64,000 bases of DNA from the human T2T-CHM13v2.0 reference genome, Homo sapiens. Made by a program: the position numbers and the translations under genes. The first letter of the stretch is position 1. Each line of letters opens with the position of its first letter. The notes beneath the pieces are model-generated. The model saw nothing but the letters and a program-made list of their open reading frames with translations, did not search any database and was not told the DNA's origin. Shown here in pieces: positions 1 through 13,463 of this stretch. The DNA lies in the NCBI RefSeq assembly GCF_009914755.1, contig NC_060935.1. One strand, given 5' to 3'.

Positions 1-631
1 CTAAATGCATTTTAAATTTTGTCTCATCGATGTTTCCTCTCTACCTGTTATTTTCATGAGGAATACTTGAAATGCATTTAGATGATGAGAAAGAATACTC
101 AGTATCCTTAGAAGAGTGGTGTGGATTCAGAACAAAACTAAAGCAAGGATATGTGTTGCACACATAATTATTTAAAAATATCTTTTAAAAACAGGAAAAT
201 CAATTACAGACTTTGGTAAGCATAGGGGATGGTTTCCCTGGAATTCAAAAACCCTGAGAAAAATCAAGAAATCTTAATTGAAACATGAGTCAAAGAAAGC
301 AAGTCATGAAGTCTAAATTAATGGCTCTGCCCATTAATTGAATCATCATGTCATCAGATCAAATGTTATCCCAATGATAGTGGGGATTTAGTGACCCAAT
401 CTACCACTGTAGGAAGAAAATTTAAAATGTATAGGAAGTACCAAAATGTTTAAATCAAAAATTTACTTCATCCTTCTATAAAGAATGACTTTGCTTATCC
501 AAAATGACTAAAAAATATTATCCCATGTTTGGCATTTGCATGGGATGACAGAAGAAGGAACACTTCTGCTAACGATAGAAAAAGCAATATACAGCTATTA
601 CTGCTGATAAATAGCCAAAGTACATGAATCA

Positions 632-1722
632 CAACCGAAGTTCTCTTAACTGACTGACCTACATTTTAACTGACTGGCCAGATTAATCACAACCAGCCTT
701 GATCCCTCTGTAAAACATACTGATTGAAGACCACAGCTTGTTGACCAGCCATCGCTAACTGGCTACCCCATGGCATACCATGCCATACCGCTCCCGTTGA
801 GTTGCATGTGCATGCCCAGGAAGAATATATTTCGCTTGTTCCCAAAACTGTTTATGCAGTTTTACCTTTATCATTATAATTTTAAAATTTCATTAAATAT
901 TTCATAAGCTTATAAAATAGGTCTACAAAAAGAAAAAAAGTGCTGTTTCTATGAAATATAAGTTGAGGCTGGGTGCGGTGGCTTACGCCTGTAATCCCAG
1001 CACTTTAGGAGGCCGAGGCGGGCAGATCACCTGAGGTCGGGAGTTCGAGATCAGTTTGACCAACGTGGAGAAACCCCATCTCTACTAAAAATACAAAATT
1101 AGCCAGGCGTAGTGATGTATGCCTGTAATCCCAGCTACTCGGGAGGCTGAGCCAGGAGAATTGCTTGAACCCGGGAGGCGGAGGTTGTGGTGGGCAGAGA
1201 ACGCACCATTGTACCCAGCCTGGGCAACAAGAGTGAAACTCCATCTCAAAAAAAAAAAAAAAAAAAGAAAAAAGAAAAAAGAAATGTAAGCTGCTTTGGA
1301 AATATTCAATAAAGGAGAGTTAGCAAAATTTTTTGTTGAAGACCAGTTGTGCCTGAGATTGGTAAAGATGGGAATAATCATACGGATAGAAAAGGAATCT
1401 GATCTCAGATTGTATCGCAAATGGCTCTAAATTCATGCTTCACAAACATACACACTCACAAAAAGAAAAGAAGGAAGAAAAAGTGAAAGAAAAGTTGAAT
1501 CCAAACTAGAAACTATAGATACATCCTGAGGTCTGGCTTATAAATTGGAGAAAACTCAGAACTCCATTAGGCAGACCTTTGTGTTACAATAAAAATAGTA
1601 GATTCAAAGCTAACAGAAAATGTTTAAGGTATGAATTTTATAAGTTTTAAAAATTCCTTGCTTTATTTGATAAAGAAAAAAAAAAACATTAACCAACCAC
1701 TCGTCCCAATTAAACTGGATTT
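632..1722 (+). mobile_element. Ancient Tigger-family DNA transposon remnant (Tigger13a-like), split by an Alu
   Basis: Left end 'ctcttaactgactgacc...ttaactgactggccagattaa...ccctctgtaaaacatactga'. The degenerate HTH-like frame [22 protein letters not shown] continues across the Alu. Ends approximate. Confidence 0.6.
967..1280 (+). mobile_element. AluSp-like SINE, full length
   Basis: Dimeric Alu with 'ggtcgggagttcg' and 'ggagaaacccc' diagnostics and an A tail. Degenerate TSD gaaatataagttg (953-965) / gaaatgtaagctg (1281-1293). Confidence 0.93.
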
Positions 1723-2096
1723 TAAGCAGTAATAGGGTCCCTAAGCACATGCTGGCCATCATAAGCACAGACCTGTCACTGATACACAAAGCTACTTGGT
1801 ATCTGCAGAAGATTCCCGAAAGAACTAGCTCATCCTATTTCCTTAGATACATACATTAAAATTGAGAATCAAACTTTTTGGAAGAAGTTATTGAATTTTG
1901 ACCACAGAATATACTGCATTCTTCATGGTTTACTGTATTTAATCACATACAAGCAAGTATTTAGAATGTGCATTTCAGAATATGGATGTGGTCATTTTGA
2001 AAAAAAAAAAAGCATTTTATTTAGTAAAGAACTCATTCAACTCATTCCAAGTATTGCCATTTATAAATGCCTGAGCTGGAGTGAGGGACCATATTT

Positions 2097-2430
2097 GTGA
2101 AACTGCAAGATGTGTCCTCAAATCAGTTCTCCCTTTCTTCAGCTGTGCATCTACGATGCATTTCTTGAACTTCCTTACACTAGAAGTAGCTATATGACTC
2201 AGTTTTCTCCAGTGGAATAAGAGTTGGAAGGTCCCTGGCTCTTGAAAATCTTCGTACCGTGACCCTTCGTGTCCATCTTCCTGACATCAACTAAAAGCAG
2301 ATGAAATTGTGCCCCTTGGATTTCCCAGCATGAATACCTATGCTGGACTATTTCTTGAGAAAGAAAGAAACTTTCATGTCTTGTTGAGTCATGAAATTCT
2401 GGATTTATTTTTTTAAACAGCTAGCACAAC
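2097..2430 (+). mobile_element. Degenerate MLT1 (MaLR) LTR fragment
   Basis: MLT1-like blocks 'tgcatttcttgaacttcctt...tatgactcagttttctccagtggaat' and 3' 'aaagaaactttcatgtcttgttgagtca...ttaaacagctagc'. Confidence 0.5.
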
Positions 2431-2929
2431 TCTGATTAAGGCCCCTTCTGATTATCTAGACAAAATTGAGCTTTTCCCAACATAGATTTGTGTTCTTTAT
2501 AAAACTGTGTCTTAATGAAGAGTATTTCTGTGTAGGAGAGCTTTATGTTACAGAGGCACAAGAAGACTGCATGGTGATTGCACACATAGCAGTTTTCTAG
2601 AAAGATTCAAAAGATTAATTAGTGTAGTCCTATTCTTAGGCACAAACACACTACTATAAGAAAAATGATGGAAACAAAATTTAGGATCAAGAGAAACTGG
2701 TAGATCAAAGAACATGATATCCACTTCTCACGCTATTGGTAATGTTTGATCATTTGGTTTAAGTATGGTTCACAGACTTTTTCCATTTTAAAGATATGTT
2801 ATTCCTTTTATAGTCAAAAATTAAAATGTATGTGTCTGGAGAGTACCTTAAGACTATGTAAATATCCTGTACCCCAATAGTCTTTTGCCCCATGGTTTTA
2901 GTGTTTTAATTTTAATGATTTTTGCCTGA

Positions 2930-3960
2930 ATTAAATTATTACTATTGTGGATATGAAATGCTGAGCTTTCTATTTGTTTTATTTTTTTATATGAAGTACC
3001 AGTTGGCATTCTTATACTAATTAGAGCTTTCCCTTCTTCATGCTTATTTACAAATTTAAGATCCATATTGACTCATGGATTCTCTACAAAATTATAATGT
3101 ATTTTCCATTATTCATTTTAATGAACAAATTGTTCTAAATGTGGCCAGTTGGAGCACCTTCAGGTGGGTTTGTGTGTTGGTTTGAAACGTGCCCATCAAT
3201 TTCAATCATTTTCTTAATTTATGGAATAAGATGATCCAGGATCAACTTGCACTTTACCAACTCAGCCAAGGAATTAAACATTTATCTAAAGACTAATGAT
3301 TTCTCTCAGTGGCAAGTGGTATTTAGAAACCACTTGGCAATAATTGTGCTAATTGCCACTAGGAATAATTGATTTGAAGATGCATCCTTAGACCAAACCA
3401 AGGAAAACAACAGATGGATGATAGCTATGTTAAATCATGGTTTCATGCTAATTCCAGGATTTTATCTCCTTCTTTTCTCATGTCATATATCTATTTCTCT
3501 GTTTCCAAAATGACAATGCTAATATTTATAATATATATAAAATATTTTGGAAGAACTATATCAATATCAACACCAAATCTACTAAATAATGTTCATTTCT
3601 TTTTATCCTTAGATTGTAATCCCATTGCAAGTGTACAGAAGAATACTGTGTTTAAAATTTACTTAGATTATATCTTTTGTTCTATATTCAATCAAAAATT
3701 TAATACAATTTCATTTATTATTTTACATAAATATCTGTGAGGTTAATTTGTAGTTTTTTTCTCCCTACATTTACTAAGACTTAATATCAATAATATGATT
3801 GTATCATAAAAAGAGAACTAGAAAGTTATCTGTCATTTTCTATACTTTAAAAATTTTGTGTGTTTGGGATGGTATGGTATTTGAAGGTTTTATGGAATTC
3901 CCTTATGAAACCATCTGGGCCTGTTGCTTTGTATGAGGACGTTCTTTGAACACATTTTCA
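2930..3960 (-). mobile_element. Ancient L1M (L1MC/ME-type) fragments
   Basis: L1M-like blocks 'aattgttctaaatgtggccagttggagcaccttcagg' and 'agtggtatttagaaacc'; ORF2-antisense 'gaattcccttatgaaaccatctgggcctg'. Confidence 0.45.
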
Positions 3961-4882
3961 ATTCCTTTTCTTTTATGTAAAAATGTCTCTTTAAGCAAAA
4001 TATTTTTTCAAACACATTGAAATACGGTACACATTTCACAAACTGCCTGATCTTATTTTTTAAAAAGTGTCAGAACACCTTGACGTGCAGAAGCCACAAA
4101 TACACAAATGCACTCCTGGTAAGGACACATGCACTGTCTATGTCATACTCTTGAATATGTTTAATTGTCATTCTGAACTATAAAATAGAGTACATATACA
4201 AATTTAATGGAATTCACAGAAGTATAACTCCAAGGGCTAACAGTGAAATACCAGGGCCATGTAGCCTGCTTGTTGGTAAAAACATATTGATACTCCAGCT
4301 TCTCATGCCTCTTTAGGAAGCATGAAAATTCAAATGTGATATTTCTAAACATCTTTGAAGGCCATACAAGAATGTTTATACATACTGAAAGTAAAAATGC
4401 ATAATTATTTGATATGGCATTTTTCAAAAGGTTTAGAGTTGCAGTGTACCTCTACCAGTTTTTTTTCTCCCAGAAAATTACTGATGGTTATTACCCTTAT
4501 TAAATCCTCAAAGTAAATCCTAAAAGAAGGAGGAAAAGTGAGACTTAACCCTTGTCAGAATACAGGGATAAAATGTGAAGAGAAAAGAATAGATAGGAAG
4601 CAATACAATTCTGACTTCCCAAAGGTATTTGTAGAGTGAACCGTACACAATACCAAACAATACTGAAATATCCTAGCAACTGGATTGATTCAAAGAATTG
4701 ATTTTTCTCTTTTAAAGGGGAGACAGAGGGAGTGAACTCAAATGCTTGTATTATGGTGTTAATTTATATATGAATATATAACGTTTAATCTGATTTACCA
4801 CTCTCACTGAAACAGGGGTAACTCCCTGGTAAGTAAAATGATGCTATTGCCTTTTAATAGGTTGATATATAAGAAAAGACAA

Positions 4883-4949
<67 letters not shown>
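4883..4949. repeat. Compound (TC)n-(CA)n microsatellite at the Tigger1 left end
   Basis: Directly visible. Confidence 0.95.
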
Positions 4950-4951
<2 letters not shown>

Positions 4952-6593
4952 CTTTTTGTTGAGCTTTGCTTTATTGCATTTTATAGATATTGCATATTGC
5001 AATGTTTACATTTTGGAATTTTGTGGCAACCTTGCATTGAACAATTCGATCGGTGGTGTTTTTCCAACAGCATGTCTTTGTGTCACATTTTTGTAATTCT
5101 CACAATATTTGAAATGCTTTCATTATTATTATATCTGTTATGGTGCTCGTGATCAGTGATATTTAATGTTACTGTTGTTATTGTTTTGGGGCACTGTGAA
5201 CACACCATATAAGATAGTAAACTTAATTGATAAATGTTGTATGTGTCTGACAGTTTCAATGATGGGCTGTTCTCTCATCTGTCCTCCTCTTCTCAGGCAT
5301 CCCTATTTCCTGAGACACAACAATATTGAAATTAGATCAACGAATGACCTTACAATAGCTTCTAAGTGTTCCAGTTAAAGGAAGAGTCACCCTACATTCA
5401 ATTTAAATCAAAGCTAGAAATGATAAAGTTTAAAGAGGATGGCATATCAAAAGCCAGCCCAGATAGGCCAAAAGCTAGACCTCTTGTGCCAAATATTTAA
5501 CAAAGTTGTGAAGGCAGAGGAAAAGTTTTTGAAGGGAATTAAAAGTGCTCCTCCGGTGACCATGAATGCTAATAAAATGAAACAGCCTGACTGCTGATAC
5601 GGAGAAAGTTTCAGAGGTCTGAATATATCAAAACAGCCAAACATTCCTTTAAGTATAGCCTAACCCATACCTAGGCTCTAACTATCTTTAATTCTATGAA
5701 GGCTGAGAGAGGTGAGGAACCTGCAGAAGAAAAGTTTAAAGCTAGCAGAGTTTGGTCTAGGGGGTTTGAGAAAATAAGCTGTCTTTAAAACATAAAAGTA
5801 CAAGTTGAAATAGCAAGCGCTCAAGTAGAAACTGCAGCAAGTTACCCGGAAGATCTAGTTAAGATCATTAATGAAGGTAGCTACATCAAACAACAGATTT
5901 TCAATGTAGATGAAACAGCTTTATGTTGGAAGAAGATGCCATCTAGGACTTTCACAGCTAGAGAGAAGTCAATGCCTGGCTTTAAAGGTTCAAAGGACAG
6001 ACTGACTCTCTTGTAACAGGGCTAATGCAGCTGGTGTCTCTATGTTGATGCTAATGCCCATTTACCATTCTAAAAATCTCAGAACCAATAAGAATGATGC
6101 TAAATCTACTCCACTTGTGCTCTATAAATGGAACAACAAAGGCTGGATAGCAGCACATCTGTTTACAGCACAGTTTTTAAGCCCAATGTTGAGACCTACT
6201 GCTAAGGAAAAAAATAATTTATTTAAAAACGTTACTGCTGATTGAAAATGCTCCTATTCACCCAGCAGCTCTGCTGTACAAGTAGATTAATGTTGTTTTC
6301 AGACCTGCTAACACATCATCCATTCTGCAACCCATAGATGAAGGAATACTTTTGATTTTCAAGTCTTGTTAATTAAGAAATACATTTTGTAAGACTACAG
6401 CTGACATAGATAATGATTTATCTGGTGGATGTAAGCAAAATAATTTTAGAACCTTTTGAAAAGGATTCACCATTCTAGATGCCATTGAGAACAATTGTGA
6501 TTCATAGGAAGAGGTCAAACTATCAACATTAATTAGTTTGTAAGATGATTTCAAACCTTCTGGATGACTTTGAGGGGTTCAAGACTTCAGTGG

Positions 6594-6870
6594 CATGGTT
6601 AATGGGGTACAAAAAATAGTTAGAAAGAATGACTAAGACCTACAGTTGCAACAGGGTAACTGGAATCAATGATAATTTAGTTGTATCTTTTAAAATAAGT
6701 AAGAGTATAATTAGATTGTTTGTAAGACAAAGGATAAAAGCTTTTCTCCATGATGTGATTACTATGCATTACATGCCTGTATCAAAACATCTCATGTACT
6801 TCATAAATATATATATATATACCTAAAATGTACTCACCAAATTTTAAAATTAAAAAATATATATTTAATA
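6594..6870 (+). mobile_element. L1MA1/2-type 3' end fragment inserted in Tigger1
   Basis: 'atggttaatggggtacaaaaaatagttagaaagaatga...catgcctgtatcaaaacatctcatgtac' plus A-rich tail. Degenerate TSD aagacttcagtgg / aaataccagtgg. Confidence 0.82.
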
Positions 6871-7031
6871 AAATACCAGTGGCAGAAGTAACTGCAAAAA
6901 TGACTGAAGTACCAAGAGAACTAGAACTGGAAGTGGAGCCTGAAGATTGGACTGAATTGCTGCAATGTCAGAATCAAATTTCATCCAATGAGGAGTTACT
7001 TCTGAGGGATGATCAAAGAAAGTGGTTTCTT

Positions 7032-8672
7032 TCTGTTTTTGTTTTTGTATTTCAACCAGGTATTTTATTGGGCTGGCAATTGCAAGTTATACAAATTTCT
7101 GAAAATCACCTCCTATTTGAAAGCTACCATAGCTTCTTTCCAGGCAATTAATTCAGACAAGATACACAGAACCCAGAGAAGTCGTAGGTCACACATAGAA
7201 GGCTCCCAAACCAATTAATGACTAAACCCAATCTACACAGCTTTCTGTTTTTTAGGCTTCCTTATACATAGCAAATAAATAAATAGCACATCTGCTGGCA
7301 AAATATTTTTTTTTCAAATTTCAAGTGTTATAAAAGAAAATATTATTTTGTGTGGTTCCAACAGTTTTTCTTCTCTCCCGAAATAAAGAGCTTTGCCCAT
7401 GATCTCAGGATAGAATAAGAAGAGGGGGAAATCTACCCACAAACAAATATGCAAAGTTAAAAATATTGGTCCCTGTTATAATTCTGGGGGAGTGGCAAGT
7501 TGGTGAGAATCAGTAGACACAAAAGCTCATGACTGTAGCTCAGAGCCACCACCACCCATTCCCCCTCAAAAGGCAGGTCACTGGTTTGCAGGTTAGGCAC
7601 CATTCTCCTTTTCCTAAGGTCTCCCCTCCCTGTTTAGGTTTATGTTATCTCTCTCTCTCTCGGTCTAGATCCTTCCCAAACTAAAGTCCTATGCTAGGCA
7701 AAGCCTTCTTTATGTCTTGATTTTAGGTAGCAGATGGGAGTGCGGAACACACTTTCATCAAGCCCCTACCTGTATCGGACTTAAAAGTCGATGTTCAAAG
7801 GATGAAGCCAGCCAGTGAGACATGATAAACCACGCTCAAGAGGAAAGCTGCAGGCCCCTCATGTCAAAAAATACAAGCAAGCTAAGCACATTTGTGCGCA
7901 CGTGCACACGCCCACCCCCTATCCACTCAGTCTGATGAGACTCATCTTGGGAGTGAGAGAAAAGAGCCCAAGTCTGAAGTTGTACAGGAGTGTATATATA
8001 GACATCCTCTCCAGCAGGCACCAATTAAAGGGGGTGGAATAGGCGGGGAGGATTTGAATGTTTTGGTGGGAAAACCCCAAACTTGATTGTACCATATCTG
8101 ATGAAGTGTAGCCTCATTTCCTACTTAATTTCAACCAGGAAAAACATGCATTCTTAAAAAGCTCTTCTAGACAAAATAAAAAGAGAAATAGCTCTTCTCT
8201 CCACTCCCAGTTTCACGTGTCTAAGTCCCCTACCCTTATCCCAGAATATCCCCTTGAGCTGGGAGAAGATTCTCAGGGCTCACATATAGAAGGCAGGAAA
8301 AAAAAAAAAGTACCATCTTTGAGGCATCCTGAAAAGGGTCATGTGAACAAACTCTATTGCTGAGTTTTCAAATGGTTTCTTCTGAGCACAAGAAAACCCT
8401 TCCTACCCCAGGGATTGAGGCAACAAGGAAAAACTAACAGGCAGAAACTACACGTTCCATATGCTCTGCTTTCCACTGCTGCTAAAATATTACACGTGCT
8501 ACACATGCCTTGAAAGCAAGGCAAGGACAAATCCCACCCTTCTGATTTCCCCAAGTCCAGCACAGCACTAGGCATAGGGCAGATTGCTCCTGTTTCCCAG
8601 GTGGGGGCAGTGGCCTGAGCAGGGCCTTATTCCTGGCCACTTTCTCCAAGAGCTGTCTGCACATTTTCAAGA
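7032..8672 (-). pseudogene. 5'-truncated retrocopy (processed pseudogene) of an unidentified transcript, apparently 3' UTR only
   Basis: Non-TE, more GC-rich insert that interrupts contiguous Tigger1 sequence. Exact 13-bp TSD aaagtggtttctt (7019-7031 / 8673-8685). Minus-strand AATAAA at 7069-7064, followed ~16 nt later by an A-rich tail (7047-7032). No credible ORF. Confidence 0.85.
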
Positions 8673-9123
8673 AAAGTGGTTTCTTGAGATAGAATCTACT
8701 CCTGGCAAAGATGCTGTGCCTATTGTCCAAATGACAATAAAGGATTTAGAATATTACATGAACTTAGTTGATAAAGTAGCCACAGAGTTTAAGAAGATTG
8801 AGTCCAATTTTGCAAGAAGTTCTACTGTGGGTAAAATTCTATCAAACAGCATTGCATTCTACAGAGAAATTTTTGTGAAAGTAAGACTCAACCCAGTGAC
8901 AAATTTCATTGTTGTCTTATTTCCAGAAATTGCCACAGCCACTCCAACCTTCAGGACCTACCACCCTGGTCAGTCAGCAGCCATCAACATGGAGGCAAAA
9001 CTCTCCACCAGCAACAAGATTAACACTTGCTAAAAGCTTATGACCATTTTATCAATAAAGTCTTTGTAACTGAGGTAGATACTTTGTTTCTGAGACACAA
9101 TGCCATCGCACACTTAAAAACTA

Positions 9124-9648
<525 letters not shown>

Positions 9649-12600
9649 TCACATGTATGTATTCTGTTTAATTTCTATATGTACGTGTGTATATTTTTAT
9701 GTGTTTATGTGTTCTATACATATACATTATTCACACACAGAAAAATAAAAGATAAAGTGTAAAAAACACTAATACTTGATCTCAAAGAGCTTACAATCTG
9801 TCAAACATGTTAATAGCTTATAATTATACAAGGCAGAAAAAAATACAGACTAAATAGAGTTACATATATTGTATGGCAATCCTGGTTAACGGAGTGATTT
9901 ATTTTAGTGTATGGAGTTATATATGTGTGTGCACTGTCAGGAGGGAGAGGGCTTGTTTTCAGTCCAGCAAATATAGAGATATGCAAGTATATCAGTTACT
10001 TCTACCCTACTAGCTTAGTTATTCTTTCAGATTAAAACAGTCTTCTATCAGATAGTTCAACATCTTTGGCTGAAACTATAGCCATTGACAGAGACTGAGA
10101 TGTAGAATGTCTTTCTTTTTTGTCAGCTAAAATAGCTAGCCCTTGTAGTGCTGAGTAACTTTTTCCTGTAGCTGGACACGTAGGAGCAGATCATCTTCAG
10201 ATGGAGTCTCTCGCTAAACATGCTTCAGTGAGGAAAGTTACTAAGAGGATGCTGTCAGCATTTTTCCTTTAAGAAACTCACCAAATGCAAGGAACATAAT
10301 GGGGCAATCATTATTCAAGAGAGTGTCAAAATCATTTAGAAATCAAAACAGGCTATTGGAGTTCATAGGTTCTTTAATGTGCACAGCTACTATCTTTCCT
10401 TTAGTTTAATAAGAAGTTGCATATCCTCACATTTAAAGATAATTGCAGAGTATAAAAACTGCATTGTGATTATAGAAACAGTGAAAGAAGCTTGGTGACA
10501 AGACAAAGATTTCATCAGCTGAACACCTTGAAACTGTGTAGCCTTTAAAATACAACTCTTCCTCTCTACAGCTTGTTCCTTGTATCCTGAGTTTCATTCT
10601 TTATTCTCAGTGAAAACACATTATTCAATGTCTTCACTGATTGGCAACAGAGCTGCAATTTTTCTCAAAAATTTTAAAATTCTTAAATCTCAATGTGGCT
10701 TCTCTAAGTCGCTTAAAAGCGTAACTTGTTTTAAAATTAGAATGTATCCACCTTATTTTTTTGTTGTTTCTTTGGAAACCCTGTCAAAAAGATCTTGCAA
10801 ACTATCATGTTCTAAAATAATTCCAATGTCGTGCACTTGAAGTTTCTGTATTTACTTGAGTAGATAAAGGTGAAATTATATCCACTGAAATATGAAACAT
10901 AGGTATTGTTGTTACTTAATCAGACACACAACTTCAGTTTAAGGGCACTGCATCAGAAAAAGCAAGGATTTTTTTTCACATTGAATAGTCACTACAGTTG
11001 AATAAATACTCTGTTGGATGTTTCTCCTTAGTACTTTATATAAAGATTTGTAGAATCTACGTACCTGAGTAAAAGAATAGGAAGGAAGATAACATAAATT
11101 GTGAAGAAGCCAGTTTCACTTCTATTTAAATTGAAAACTAAAGAGACCAACACCTGTGATAAATTTATATCAGCTCAAAAGAAAAAGTACATGTAGACAT
11201 AATGCCACAAGCCAAAAAAAGCATACTTTCCTTCTTGAATGAAAAATCACTACTCAATAAAATACTAGTTAAGCAAAAAAGTCCATGTTTTAACTACTTA
11301 AGTTGCTTTCATTATTTATTAACAAGGACTGATAAGCTTTATTTGCTGGAGAAGCATTCAAGATCTGTCTGTCAAAACTAAATACATTAGAACCAAAAAT
11401 AAATAAATGAAAGAAACAAAACAGAACTCAAAAAGTGGTAAATGAAAAATAAATTAAAAACCTCCGAAGAAGGTTCATTTGGAAAAAATATTACATGGTA
11501 AATAAACAAACATTTAGATGATCTTCTAAAAAATTGTCAATCCCAAAATGAAGAAGTGCTCTTGCCCTATCCAACTTGTTGGTCAGTGGTAATACTTCAA
11601 ACTATTCAAATGAGTTTGTGGAAGTGCATATAAATTAGACCTTGATTTGAGTGTAACTTATTCATTTTCTAAATAATATGCAAATTTGCATAAACCTAGA
11701 TTTTAAAATGAGATTTACAGGTGGTAAACTCTGCAATCTGACAATTTACATGTTAATGTGCTAATTCAATTCAACAAACATTTATTGAACTTCTAGCAAA
11801 GCACTGGGCTGGGTATTACGGGTGCATTACCTATGCCATTTAGGGAGTATACAACTAGGAGGTGAGATAGGCAGAACAAAGTGCAGTTTTGCTCCTGACA
11901 TTATTACTATATGAACGGTTAATGCAAAATGAAATAACATAAGGAACAACTAACACTTTGTAGGTGTTATTTTCTTTATATAACAGACATTTAACATGGA
12001 TGTTACTGTAACATCCCCATTGAAGCTTTGAGGGTAGGGGTTGGAAATAATTATCTTGCTTTCGTGCCTGCTTACATGAGGAATTTTATCTTCTCTGGGT
12101 CAGCTATTTATCATCTCCTTTTAAATCAATCTTTTAGGTAAGATTCTATTCTTTAAAAACTTTCCATTGTGATTTTAACTATCAAGTTGATAAATTGTGG
12201 CTTGCTTTGACTAAATTTGCCCTAGTATAGATTTCAATGGACAATATTTGAAGTCAACATTCAAAAATTTTATATGATAATTATATAGAATACATTGAAA
12301 AGAATGAAAAACACTGACAGTAAGAAGGCTATTAACTAGCAAAGAAACATACAAAAACAAGCAATAAATAAACAGCAGATCAGTATCTAAAACAATGAAA
12401 ATTTTCTAATGACAGTGTATACATTTAGGGTGGTATATTCACAGATAATTTCATACAGAGAACAACTTTTTTTTCCCATAATGAAGCATATAGACCAGTC
12501 CTACACATCAATTTTCAATGAGTTATTATCTTCTCTTGATCAGTTATATTATGTATATTATGTAACTATAGCAGAGTGGGAGGAAACCCATGACTCATAT

Positions 12601-13463
12601 CTTTTGACCTTCTGCCTTTGTGAGTTCTCTTTTCAGTTCTTTTACAAAGGGCAGTTTACTTAATTCTCAGCACAACATTGTATCACATATACAATTATTA
12701 TACTATTTTTAAAGAAGACAACTGAAAATCAAAAAGGTTAATGCTTTGCCTAAATTCACAAAGGCATTGAAAGGCAACGCTTGAATATGACAAGCCACAC
12801 TTTTAGTGTCTTAGAAAATATAATAAACAACTGAAAATCATTTATTTTAATGGAACATAGAAATTTTTTGTGCATTCCCTATTTTTCCTTCATGTCTTCC
12901 CTTTATAATTCTATTTTAAAACTTAGGAATCATATTATCTTTTAGTCACACAATATTAAGGATCAAAATAAGACCTGTATTTAAAACTTGTTGGTCTCTA
13001 TACAATCTGATAGGAATATTAATGCAATTCTACTAAGGAAAAGACTCTCATGCATAGATTTAGGATATACCTATCATCAATCAATAAAAAACGTATTGTG
13101 TACCTTCTCTGAGATATGGACTGCCATGAGTGTTATAAGAGATGGAAAAATAACATGATTCAATTCAGCAGTATATATTGAGCATCTATTTTATTCAAAA
13201 AATTACCCAAGACAAAAAAAGGAAAGGATTAGGAAGTAGGAAGACTTCTATCAAAAGACACATAGATGAAAAAAACCCGGAGATGTTCTTTAAGAAATTA
13301 TCATCTGGTTATGGAAATACAGCTAACACATATGCAATGCAGCAATTTAAAAATGTAGCTTTAATGTCACTTGATATTGTGGTCTAAAAAAGCAAATACG
13401 CCTTTGATGAAAGGGTAAGTCTATGTTTTAGTAAGCCATATTCATTAAAAATTCAGAAAGTTT

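Noticed and set aside
1-90. Inverted repeat ctaaatgcattt / aaatgcatttag
   Set aside because: The core aaatgcattt is self-palindromic and AT-rich, and it lies at the window edge; not significant.
8584-9033. 149-aa chimeric retrocopy/Tigger1 ORF
   Set aside because: It starts at TTG and runs from antisense UTR sequence into decayed Tigger1; no sign of domestication.
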